From Paraspadella gotoi (Eukaryota; Animalia; Chaetognatha), in NCBI GenBank assembly GCA_051294375.1, contig CM119266.1, positions 11,611,912 through 11,674,054 of the forward strand: a DNA stretch of 62,143 nt, in the 5' to 3' direction. Position numbers and translations under genes: made by a program. Every line of letters starts with the position of its first letter. Position 1 is the first letter of the stretch. The notes beneath the pieces were generated by a model, which was not told the DNA's origin, searched no databases, and was given only the letters and a program-made list of their open reading frames with translations. Below are positions 1-38,885 of the stretch, piece by piece.

Positions 1-26751
<26,751 letters not shown>

Positions 26752-28446
26752 ATGTAAATTTTATTTCAATGTAGATTATTCACCTGGTGGCTTAATAATG
26801 TTTTTAAAACGGAGAAGGAATGCGGGAGCAAAGAACGCAAAAGAAGAAACATATTGATTTTTTAAGGAGGGAAAAATCATGAAGGAATTTCTCGTCATAA
26901 AATCTCGGGACAAAAACGGAAAAATGATTGGAACTTTTTTGGAATTTCACCCCGATGCGTCCTCACCTTTGAAATGATCAACTCGTGGGTTGGGTCAATA
27001 TCTGTGTTTCAGTACAAAATAAGTGTGAAGTTATACCTGTGAAGTGCCTTTGTCTTCTCGTTTCTTAGTGAAACGAATGTCCGCAGAAAATTATCATCGG
27101 GCCATCAAGCTAGTTTGTCTATCTATTTAACCGAAATTTCCATTTAAAGGTAAAAATAAACATGGAGAGATGGAAAGACGTTCCCCCAAAATCAGCAAAT
27201 CATTTTTTTCCCTAACGGATCGAAATCGATTGAAAATTTCGTTTTGTGGAATCATGGCATAAGTCGAATTCCCAGTAAAAATTTTCATTCCTTAACAGAA
27301 TGCGTAATAAAAATAAAAAAAATCTTGTGAAATAGTAACTGGGTTTGGCCAGCTTTAGGCAACGTTACCTCGGAGAAAAACTACACTTAAGCGACCAATA
27401 TATGTACGTAGTTCGATATTACCTTCCTCAAACAAGTAAATTTATACACTGTAAATAGAAAAACCAATTGCTCTATAAATATAAAATATCCATACCCAAT
27501 ATCCATTTCTACATGAAAAATATTAATTTCATTTCATTTCATAGTCGATTCCTTGAGAACAAACGACTTCGTATTTTCTCACAAAATAAAACAACCTTTG
27601 TTCAGAAAAAATACACTAGAGTTATCATTTTTCGGATTTATTTTGTAGGCTTCTCATTTTAACAGTTTGTTTTCGTTGTTAGTTTTAGTGTATTTAATAT
27701 TTATAACATTAATTTCTCGTTAGTCAAATAATAATTTTTCAGAGAGCCACCTTAAAATATTTTCACCAAGTGGTAAATTCAATTTTGTAAAAAAATAGCA
27801 AATATGGTTGTATAATTTTTTTGTTACTCTGGTTACTAAAATTGTATTAAAAAGATCGTGTTTCGTATAATCGAACTCTAAAACTATAAAGTTTACAAAA
27901 CTGAAAATAAGATTCTACGTCATAAAAGGTTCGCATAGAAAAATTATTATAAATTTGATTTCCGTCGTAAAAATTTCAATCTAATTGGAGGAAACGAAAT
28001 ATCTCAGAAAATGAAACTATTTTCTTACACGCTCAATTGGCGGTCAGATGTTGTAAGTCTTACGCCTACATAAGTTATTTATATATATATATATATATAT
28101 ATATTAAACATTTCAAAAGTTAAACAAAAAAAACTGAAAAACAGGAAAAAGAAAAAATGACATTTTAGCTTTTTTATCAATTATTGTTACGGCGTCTTTT
28201 GTTTACCAAATATTGACTGTGCTTGACATCTTTGAAAACATGCCAAAACCAGTGAGGAAAAAACAAAGTAGCGTGTCACCAAAAAAGTAAACATTAAATC
28301 CACGGAAGTAAATTAAAATTAAATATAAGAATTATATCAGGGTTGAGAGATCAAACGTGTTGTAACCCTCGATTCCTGTTTTGCTCGTGACTTCGCAGTA
28401 ATATTTTGTTATATTTTTATGTCTTTTCATAGTAGCAAGTAAATTA

Positions 28447-28625
28447 AATGAAATTGGTACAACCAATATAAAAATTATCCACTTCATTTAATAAATAGGC
28501 TATCTTGCCCCTGACTTTGGACAGGCTTTGGAGGTTTAAAGCCTCCATCACTCTTACAAGGTAATGACATAGCAGGTCCCTGCAAGCTTTCAATCAAGAC
28601 TCTCTCACAGTCTCGTTTATTCACT
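28447..28625. repeat. Dispersed SINE-like repeat, truncated copy 3
   Basis: aaattggtacaaccaatata...ctatcttgcccctgactttggacaggc shared with copies 1 and 2. Confidence 0.8.
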
Positions 28626-28796
28626 GTTGGAATTGTTGTAATTTAAAAAAAATCTACTGCTAGATGTTCCCATCAAAGAAAACAATCAACTGGATCTAGA
28701 TTTAAACGGCTCACATCCTAACCCCTCTGTTTTTTCGTCGCCACCCCCATCCCCCGCGAGATGAACATAAGATTGAGGAAGACGGTATATCCTTAC

Positions 28797-31700
28797 TAGG
28801 CCTTAGCAAATTTTATAAAGTTTTTACAGAATTTAGCACTATAGTACAAATTAGTCCCCTATATGCTACTAATTTTTTCTATCTTTGTTTTTTGAAAAAT
28901 CGATCAATAAGTGCTTGCAACTATTCAAAATTTGCAAAAAAAAAACGGTTTTTTTTCATTAAAAATGATAGATATCTTAAAAAATATCAGTCAGAATCAA
29001 TTTAAACCTGCGTCAATTTAAAGAGCAGAAAAAAATACTTCATTTTACATACTTTATTTTTAAAATCCAAAAAATACTTTTCCAATTATTGATGTTTAAA
29101 AACCGAATTCTCGCATTTTTAAGTCACATTTTTTTATTTTCCCTTATAACTTTGAAAATAATGTAAATAAGGTATAAAAACAGACTAAATCCTCTAGAGT
29201 AAACCTTGGGCTTTCTATTGGCGTAAATAGGTATTAGTTTTTTAATTTTGTTCAGGAGCTATGAATTGTTAATCTTGAAAAAATTTTGAAAAAATATTTA
29301 TTTATTATTTTTGTCTGTGTGCTTACAATTTGAATGTTTATATATCTATCATATCTACAAAACATAAGCTTTAATTGAGACCTTCCCAACTTTTTACGAT
29401 TTTTTATTATTGAATTATACGTAAAATTAAATTTTTTTTAAAAAAAAGATTAATCAATTAGTACTTTCAAATAGAATCTTTTTTTAAAAATAAAGATACA
29501 AAAATACAGTTCTACTTATAAGGCTTTAAAACAAAGGTTTAAAATAAAAAATAATATAAAATTATAATAAAAATAAATAAAACAGATTATTAACTTTATT
29601 TATTATAAAAAATATATGATGTTTAATTAAAACTTAATCTCAAATAAAAATAACAGGTATATATTAGTTTGAGTGCCTTAATTCAATCTCATATCCAGCA
29701 ATAATATTTTTATTATTTATGAAAAAAAATTTACAAAATAATAATAATAAAGTAGCTCACTCATATTTATATATATTGTTAATAAAAAATGTTCCAAATA
29801 TTAACAGTATATATGCATTAACTTTTAATACTTGAATAAAATATATATTAATAGTTTTTAAATATTTTTTAAATTTTTAAAATATTTTATAATAAAATTA
29901 TTATTAATTAAAAATAAATTTATTTTATAGCCTAACAGTTAGAACTGCATTTGTATTATATATAGAACATATTTGTATCTTAATTTTTAAGAATTAATCC
30001 ATTGAAATTACTAATTGAATAATCTTTTTTTCTATTTAAATTTTTACTTATAATTCAATAAAAAAAATTGTAAAAAGTTAGGAGAGGTTTCAAATTAAAG
30101 CTTATGCTTTGTAGATAATGTTAGACATATAAAGTTTATTGACATTCAAATTGTAAGCATATTCACTATCACTACAAATATTTTTATAAAAAAACTTTAA
30201 TTAGTATTTACCAAAAATCCTGCTCTGTTAGGATTTTGCTGCCCTACTACATTAAGTGCTAAAAAATGAAAAGAGTATTGATAATGAAAAACCAATACTA
30301 AAACATAAAAGCTATGAATATAAAATACATGATGCAATAATCCTTCTTTTTCATTTTTTTTAATATTAAAGAAAGCAAAGTATTTTTGAATTGTTATAAC
30401 GATATAACGATGGACATGTTTCGGCTAGTTGACTTCAAGCCTTCATCAACATTTAACATGTCCGTCTCTTAAATAAATATAAATCATTGTAACAATTTCA
30501 AAAACACTTTGTTTTTCTCGAATATAAATAAAAAAAAGGAAGGAAAAAAAGTTAAAAACGGACTGATTAATAGATCCACAAAATAATATAATTAAATCAA
30601 AACTCTGCAAAGGCTTTTAGATAAAAAGAATTAATTAAATGTAACGAGAATTTATTTGTTTTTATCAACGAATTGTTTTATCGTTATAATTTTAAAAATC
30701 TTAAAATTATTTTAAAAAATTTAAAAAAATATTTTAAAAACTATTAATAATATTTATTCAAGTATTAAAAGTTAATGCATATACTTGTTAATATTTTGGA
30801 ACATTTTTTTATTAACAATATATATCAAATATTGAGTGAGCTACTTTATTATTATTATTTTGTAATTTTTTTTTCATAAATAATAACAAATATTATTGCT
30901 ATTAAAAGCTGGATATGAGATTGAATTAAAGCACTCAACTAATATATACCTGTTATTTTATTTGAGATTAAGTTTTAATTAAACATCATATATTTTTTAT
31001 AATAAAATAAAGTTAATAATTTGTTTTATTTATTTTTATTATAATTTTATATATTTTTTATTTTAAACATTTGTTTTAAAGCCTTATAAGTAGAACTGTA
31101 TTTTGTATCTTTATTTTTAAAAAAAGATTCTATTTGAAAGTACTAATTGATTAATCTTTTTTTTAAAAAAAATTAATTTTTACGTATAATTCAATAATGA
31201 AAAATTGTAAAAAGTTGGGAAAGGTCTCAATTAAAGCTTATGTTTTGTAGATAATGATAGATGTATAAACATTCAAATTGTAAGCATACAGACAAAAATA
31301 TTAAATAAATATTTTTTCAAAATTTTTTAAGATTTAACAATTCATAGCTCCTGAACAAAATTAAAAAACTAATACTATTTACGCCAATAGAAGCCCAAGG
31401 TTTACTCTAGAGGATTTAGTCTGTTTTATACCTTATTTTACATTATTTTCAAAGTTATAAGGGGAAAATAAAAAAATGTGACTTAAAAATGCCGAGAATT
31501 CGGTTTTTTAAACATCAATAATTGGAAAAGTATTTTTTTGGATTTTTAAAAATAAAGTATGTAAAATGAAGTATTTTTTCTGCTCTTAAATTGACGCAGG
31601 TTAAAATTTGATTCTGACTGATATTTTAAGATATCTATCATTTTAATGAAAAAAACCGTTTTTTTGCAAATTTTGAAGAGTTGCAAGCACTTATTGATCG

Positions 31701-31804
31701 ATTTTCAAAAAAACAAAGATAGAAAAAAATTAGTAGCATATAAGGGACTAATTTGTACTATAGTGCTAATTCTGTAAAAAACTTTATAAATTTGCTAAGG
31801 CCTA
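28797..31804. mobile_element. Non-autonomous foldback DNA transposon, hAT-like, ~1.1-kb inverted arms
   Basis: Termini TAGGCCTTAGCAAATTT...AAATTTGCTAAGGCCTA; exact 8-bp TSD ATCCTTAC (28789-28796, 31805-31812); arms ~28797-29890 and ~30705-31804; no ORF. Confidence 0.9.
30410..30452 (-). ncRNA. Minimal hammerhead ribozyme-like motif (Penelope type, U3 variant)
   Basis: Minus strand reads ATG-TTGATGA-A-GGCT-tgaagtcaact-AGCC-GAAAC-AT-GTC-CAT. Confidence 0.5.
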
Positions 31805-31857
31805 ATCCTTACCCCAAGGCCGGCGATCGCAGATAATCTCTAATTAACCGTCCCCCC

Positions 31858-31921
<64 letters not shown>

Positions 31922-33776
31922 CCCCTATTTCCCCCCCGGTATTACGAGGACTCCGCCCTACCGACGAAAGAGAACGCCGCTGGCCCCGATCGAGCATGAG
32001 CCTCATCCCGTTCCGGTCCTCGTTCTTATTCCGCTTTACATCCGGCTATTATGACGTCGGTTATGAAGTCGACGCCTTATCGCAGGCCCGGATCTCAATT
32101 GGTTTTTATTGTTCACCTCTCGTCGTCCTTCCCCGAGGCGAGAGGAGGAAGAGGGGGGGGGAAGCTGACTCTTCCTTCCCTTCTTCTTTTCCTCCATAAC
32201 TTCCTCCGCCGCTTATTCATCCCTCCCCCTCCCCCCCCATTTTTAAGATTGAAGGAATCATAAAAGACGAGGACGAAGAGGAAAAAAAAGAAAATGGCGT
32301 CTCGTAAAGGGGTTTTGAACGGGTGGCTTAAAATAGACTTAAATCCTACTTTAGTCGGGGGTTGACAAAAAATCGTTTAGAGAATTGGCGGTTGTTGATC
32401 TGTGGTGGTCGTGGTGGTGATATTAGAAGTGGTTTATTTGATTCGATATCACAATACATACAAGTGGAAAAAATTTACTTGAGAGTTAAAACAGGTGATG
32501 GTATGAACAGCAACAGTTGAAAGAGAGTCCGATCTTAAGAATTGAGTGGTTCATTTTCTTCTAGCAAGAGGTTTAATATTTATATACATTCGGAAATAAA
32601 ATTCTTTTGAATCACTTAGCTTTACATCGTAAAACCTCTAAATTTCAGATAAAATCAGTATTTGATTATATTCAATGCATCCTAACAGTAAAAACAACGT
32701 AAATTACTTCATATTACTTCGTTCTACTTTTAAACTAAATATTTAAATTCAGTCAACTCCCCTCCGACCCATGACTCTCCTACACGTAAATTCAAAGCCT
32801 GAAACAAATCACATCTCGACTGAATCGAGCACCGCTCGATTTGTACGGCCCGACCTAGCCAGAATCGACAACTGGTACGCGATGGAAGACGCAATTCTTT
32901 CTTGCACGCATATCTTGAAATCGAAACCCGACAGTTAAATATCCGCGCGTCGCAAATGAGGCGAGAGACAAAGATCTAAACGGCGGCCGATTCGTTCCCG
33001 TCATCTTCATTTCCTTATTTGCTGCGTATTACGGCATCTCGATACTGCAGGAGCGAGACATCGTCGCATCTTTCCCCCTCATATCCCCGATTTAGACGGA
33101 ACGGATAAATGGGGCCGACAGTTGCGTCGGTGACTGTCGGTTAATGTCGGTAAATCTGATCGATAACATCGGTCAATAACATGTAGAATTGTCGGATCGT
33201 AGGTTGAGAGTTGGGAGAACGAAAATGGCAGAAACGTGACGTCATCGTTTTTATTATCTTCCCAGTTTTTAAAAAGTTTTAAATTTTTCCTAATTTGACA
33301 GACGCAATTTTAATAATATTTAATAACTTAAAAGTTTAACGTTTTAACTCAAAACAGATGGACGAAGACTAATCGTTCTATTATCTTAGGTTGCTTCCTC
33401 ATAAAAACGAAAATAAAATAAACCGTTCAAAAATTAAAAAAAAAAGACTAAAAAGAAAACGGAACAAAACAAACAAAGCCGCCGCTCGGTAAACGAAAAA
33501 AAAATCCCCTTAGTTTTTCGTGACCGGAGTTAATTAACTGTCACATTCCGCTATCGTCGATCTCTCCCCCTCTTTCGTCTCGCGCGGTTAACCGACCCTC
33601 TATCCGCGAGCGAGAGAGAGATACCGATCGCCACGTTCGCCCTAATTTTCGTCTCCCTCCCCTCGCCACCTTCCTTCTCCTCTTCCTCCTTTCATTGATA
33701 ATTACTATTGAAGCTCTTCTTCTTTCCTCCTCACAACCCCTACCTCGTGCCCCCCAACCTCTCCACGGATGGGCGC

Positions 33777-33854
<78 letters not shown>

Positions 33855-34774
33855 CCGGCCTTTTATTTCTGTTGTCGTAACCGGCGATGGGTTACGACAG
33901 AGAAAAAAAATGGAGGTAGGGGTGGGACGTCACTCTCGTTTCATTGCGATAGCACCCATGTTTTTAGTTCACTCCCCCTTCACCCCCTCCAACCGACTTC
34001 GATCGGCCCTCCCGTCGGGACTCCATTGTCACGAGCGAGGGGAGGGCCTTGCTGCCACCCTCACACTCTGAAGATCGAAGCTTTAGGGAGGCGGGGGGGG
34101 GGAGTGAAAGAGAGATGAGTGACGATAAAGCGAATGGAAAAGTGGCTCGAAGTAAAGGGGAAGTGGTATGGAGGGAGGGTCAGAATCTTATGCTGCGTAA
34201 CGTTTAGTTATATAATTAATATTAATTAGTAGGTAATTGTTAAAAAAATTTGAACAATTTTGAAAAAAGAATTTGGAATTTCGACACATTTATGAAAAAG
34301 AAGGCCCTGTCAACTAAACCCAATTTACTTATATACAAATTAATAACGACTTAACTAGGTAAAAAATAAAACAGGAAAAACGAATTAAACAAAGAAAGCG
34401 ACTAGTTCGGTCAGGTGAAATCCGAGCAAGCGTCACATGGTCTCGTTCCCTTGAAAAAATCGCAAAATCCAAAGTTCTTTTTTTTCTGTCTTTTTTAAGT
34501 ATTCAGATTTTTTTGTCAGCCTGGTATAAATTGATGTTCTTTTCTCTCAGAAAAAAAAGCTTATTGAGTTTGATTACATTATTCATATCGACCGTTCTTC
34601 ATCTCCTCCTGCAGTGAAAGTTTTAGATATTTGTCCAATGAAGATTTTCATTTTCATACCATTTATCATTTATTAAGTTTCTCACTGTTTGATCTATGCG
34701 TACATTTTGTTCTTCTGTCAGAAGATTAAAACTTTTTTTCGAACCAAGAGGTCGGTTCAATCAAAGGGAAACTT

Positions 34775-34985
34775 GTTCATTGGCTATAGTGAATCTCTGG
34801 ACGCGAACAGTGACCAATGAAGTCTTCGATCCGAAAAATCACGTGATTTTGGACAACCAATGAATTGATTCCAGTCTCCATGTGTCCACGGCTCTCAAGA
34901 GGCTTTGTTTACATCTGTATTGTATTCGGCGTCGCTTTTTTTTTGCAGTGAAAACCCGTGCGGTTAGATATATTATATATAAGCC
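34775..34985 (+). promoter_or_regulatory. Putative promoter of the zinc-finger gene
   Basis: CCAAT boxes (~34779 reverse, ~34814, ~34857), palindromic TCACGTGA E-box (~34839), TGTTTAC (~34905) and TATATAA (~34976), about 280 bp upstream of the ATG. Confidence 0.5.
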
Positions 34986-35260
34986 CGACAAACTTTTTGC
35001 CCTGCTCTCTCTAATGTGAAATTCTTCAATAATTGTTTAAATTGAAATTTAACCAACAAGACAAAATAACTTCGGAATGTAATTCTACAAGAAAAAAAAA
35101 CTAGTCTTCGTCAAATGTCAAGACGGGTAACGAGTGTAAAAACGGCACACACAAAGAATAATAAAGTTTTGTGAAGTAAAAAAAACAAACAAATAAACAT
35201 ACAAACATCGTTATACTAATTGTGGTTGCTAAAAAAAGAATCTTGGGTGCAAAAGCAAAA

Positions 35261-36610
35261 ATGGATGATCCCCCCAAAGAGACTCAAAAGCCAATGAAAG
35301 CTTTAAATATGGTTTATGAAGTAACATTCAAATGCAGTCGATGTGATTTTTCGTCTCAAAAAAGACAACTTATCGACGAACATATCTTATCCCACGAAGT
35401 TTTAAAACCTTACAAATGTAATCTTTGCCAGTATACTGCAATTTCAGAACATGAAATGTCGATGCATGTATTAGAGCATACTGATCCTAATCCTTTCAAA
35501 TGTGATCAGTGTGAATATGTAACGAATGTGAGAAGAAATTTAAAAAGGCATTTGCTTATACATACAGATATGAAGGAATTCAAATGTATTCAATGCAATT
35601 ACGCTGTTAAAGGGAAAAAGTACCTTATAAAACATATGAAATTACATTCAGATATTGTCGTTGCTAAGCCTTTCAAATGTGATCAATGTAATTATGCTGG
35701 AAAAACGGAACCTCTTCTAGAATTGCACATGTTAAAGCACAGTAATAAAAAGATGTTTAAATGCGATAGATGCAGTTATGAAGCAAAAGCTCGAAATTAT
35801 CTTACAAAACATAAGTTAATCCATTATGATGTTAAGGAATTCACTGAACCTTTGAAATGTGATCTGTGTAGTTATACAACCAAAATACATAGGAATCTGG
35901 ACAAACATATATGTATTCATACTGATGAATACACATTCAAATGTGATCAATGTGATTACATTGGGAAAACGAAAGGGAATCTTACAAAACATATGCTAAC
36001 ACATTCTGATATGAAGAATTTCAAATGTCATCAGTGCAGTTATTCAACTAAAAGCAAATCTTGTCTAAGATCTCATTTGATGAAACATTCCAATTCCCAG
36101 CCATTCAAATGTTCTGATTGTGATTATTCTACCACTGATAAACGCAACTTAACAAATCATATGAAACGAAGTCACTCTTCAGATACACCCTTCAAATGTC
36201 ATCATTGTGATTATAAGTCAAAAACTAAGAATGAACTAAAAAATCATATATTCGCCCACATGGGCATAAAACCTTATAAGTGTCAGCAATGTGGCTCTGC
36301 AAAACTTTCCAAGGATGCTTTAACTAGACATATGCAGAAACATTCCGATGAAAGGCCATTCAAATGTTTTCATTGTGATTATGCTGCAAAAAGAAAACAC
36401 ACTCTCATAAAACATTTATTAACACATAATGATGACAAGCTATTGAAATGTGATCAATGTGATTATAAAGCTAATTCTAAAGGACTTATGACGAGACATT
36501 CTGCAAAACATGATAATTCTAAGCCTTTGAACTGCGGAAAATGTTCTTACACCACAAAAAAGAAATGTAATTTGTTAATTCATGAAAAAATTCATGCTAA
36601 ACAAAAATAG
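35261..36610 (+). CDS. Intronless tandem C2H2 zinc-finger protein, 15 fingers, 449 aa
   Basis: Uninterrupted ORF with 15 CxxC-x12-Hxxx(x)H repeats and (T/S)xxKPFK-type linkers; first ATG at 35261. Confidence 0.93.
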   Translation: MDDPPKETQKPMKALNMVYEVTFKCSRCDFSSQKRQLIDEHILSHEVLKPYKCNLCQYTAISEHEMSMHVLEHTDPNPFKCDQCEYVTNVRRNLKRHLLIHTDMKEFKCIQCNYAVKGKKYLIKHMKLHSDIVVAKPFKCDQCNYAGKTEPLLELHMLKHSNKKMFKCDRCSYEAKARNYLTKHKLIHYDVKEFTEPLKCDLCSYTTKIHRNLDKHICIHTDEYTFKCDQCDYIGKTKGNLTKHMLTHSDMKNFKCHQCSYSTKSKSCLRSHLMKHSNSQPFKCSDCDYSTTDKRNLTNHMKRSHSSDTPFKCHHCDYKSKTKNELKNHIFAHMGIKPYKCQQCGSAKLSKDALTRHMQKHSDERPFKCFHCDYAAKRKHTLIKHLLTHNDDKLLKCDQCDYKANSKGLMTRHSAKHDNSKPLNCGKCSYTTKKKCNLLIHEKIHAKQK

Positions 36611-38134
36611 ATATATTTAACGAAAATGAATGACCGACAGTTATTATAGAAAAAAAAAAACTATTTCAGTTGGCGGATATCTTGGTGAAATCTCCGAAGA
36701 ACTTTTTGCGCTCAACTTTCTTCTCACGATTTAATTGTTATTATAAAAGGCGGTTTTTTGTAGCAAATTTTAGAGTCGTCAAACTTGATGAATTGTTAAC
36801 AAAAAAGGTTTTGAGTTTTCGATTATAAAATTAATAAAAAGGAATTTAATTGAATTTTAAATTTTGAGATTTTCAAAAAGTAATATACCTTGTTGTACCG
36901 CCGTTAAGAAAAAGGGTCATTTAATTCAACTTAAAATAGGCCAAAAGAGAGTACAGATTCAAAAAGCTGAGCTTCTGGCGATTCCGAAAATGTATTTACA
37001 TTAAACATTTGATAAATTCTACACCATTTATATTCGGTTTTAATTATAATATAAAATAAAAATATAAAGTCAGCAAACAAATCTTGATATTTTTTATGAA
37101 TTTTTTATTAGTAAATTAGAAAAATGTAATAGACATTTTTAAATTTCAACTTGTATCCTTGAAAATGAAACATTTTAAACTTTAACCCTGAATTCTTCCT
37201 ACTGGAACGCGTTTATAAAATGTCTCTCTATTACATTTTTACAATTGTTTTTAAGATTGCTAATCAAATTTTTAAATCAATATTATTGTAGTCGTTTAGG
37301 CTGCAACTCTTCAAATTCAGTGTAAATTCATTGTAGCTCAAAATTTTTACCATCTTTTTAACTGAAGATTTTGTTCATGACTGGAAAACCAACAGTGTAA
37401 CAAGATTAATTGTTTAATTCTCCTCTTCTAAATTTCCCTTTACTGTGTTTTAACTTCTTACCTACAATTTTTTAACAACCAGATTGAAAACAAATCTTTA
37501 AAAAATATGCTTACTGATTTAACTTTTGTTATTTACCGATTTAAAAAAATTATTGAAAACAGAATGTTTATATATAAATAAAAACTTATTTTTTTTTGAT
37601 TACTGATGGCTATAATGTATTTCTCGATGTATTAGCTCTAATACATAAATGATTACGCATTGTTATGTTGAATGACCTTTCCTCTTAAAGAGATAAGTTT
37701 TTACAATGTTACGCGAAATTATTAATGTATTAATAATAATAATAATAATATAATTAATGACTTTAATAAATGATTTGTTTTCGACAATTTTTAAATAACG
37801 TTTCTAGTTTTGAACGAATAGCATCAAAAATATTAATTTTTTTCAAAAGCTTAATAAATGTATCTTTCCAACTTTTCCGATACAGTATCAATTTTGTTAA
37901 TTGTTAAAATGTGCTTAAAAATTGCATAATTATAATAATATAAATTTCGGCAAATCTTTTTTACTAGTCTTTTTATCCTCAGCGATGATAAACAACGAAG
38001 ACGACGACGTTAATCGTACAAAAGTAAATTGTCTTGTTGATTAAACTCTTTTGTTAAGAATTCCGTTTTTTATTTTAATATTAAGAAAAGGCACTTATAT
38101 TGAACACTGCAGTGGCAGGGCTAATGAGCGATCG

Positions 38135-38277
38135 ACACGCGCTGCATAGGAATTCCTTATAGTGTTATGCGATTTCTTTATAAATAAAAAGTCAAAATGG
38201 ACACGCGCTGCATTGGAATTCCTTATACTATAAGTTATAGTTGATGTGATTTCTTTATAAATAAAAGTCAAAATGGA
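38135..38277. repeat. Tandem duplication, ~65-77-bp unit
   Basis: gacacgcgctgcat..ggaattccttata...gatttctttataaataaaaagtcaaaatgg occurs twice. Confidence 0.75.
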
Positions 38278-38386
38278 GCATGTAGCATTAGATTATTGGT
38301 TTCTTCTGCGTCAGCAAAAATAACAAAAAAGCAACAAGCTTTATAAGAATTCAGGTATTAAGCCTTTTAATGAAAATAAAAACAAA

Positions 38387-38872
38387 TTTTTAGTCGGATT
38401 ATCAGCAGATTCCGACTCTATAATTCACTTTGTCGGTCCGTCGGTCCCACCCCAAAATCTTGTCGGTAAATCATTTTTATCATATCAGAAACTCGAATTA
38501 TGATAAATTATGCTAAAAAAATGTCTGTCTGTCCGTCCGACCGTCCGTCCCCCCCTTAGCATTAAACTACAATTACTCGTGATTGGATGGATGGATTGGA
38601 ATAAAATTTTGTGTGTGGGTAGGAAAGTGTGTGATGGAGTTGGAAATAAAGTTTTGATGGAATCGTGCGAGTGGAAATGAGTTTAAATGGAAAAAACAGA
38701 AAAAATCTATTTCACTATTTGAACGCCAATTAAGTAGACGGGATGATTGACTTTAAATTTTTTATGTGGGTAGGAAAGTGTGTGATTAAGCTGGAAATAA
38801 AGTTTCGATGGAATCGTCTGAGTGGAAATTAGTTCAAATGGAAAAAACAAAAAACCCGTTTCACTATTTGAT
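38387..38872 (+). mobile_element. Helentron-associated / DINE-1-like element
   Basis: TTTTTAGTCGGA..TCCGACT terminal hairpin, GTCY microsatellite (38523-38550) and two ~155-bp-period tandem units (~38600-38720, ~38755-38870). Confidence 0.6.
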
Positions 38873-38885
38873 AATAAATTTTACA

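Noticed and set aside
34425-34453. P-element-like terminus (CAAGGGAACGAGACC, minus strand) that might carry the ZNF gene
   Set aside because: No partner TIR or TSD was found, and it faces away from the gene.
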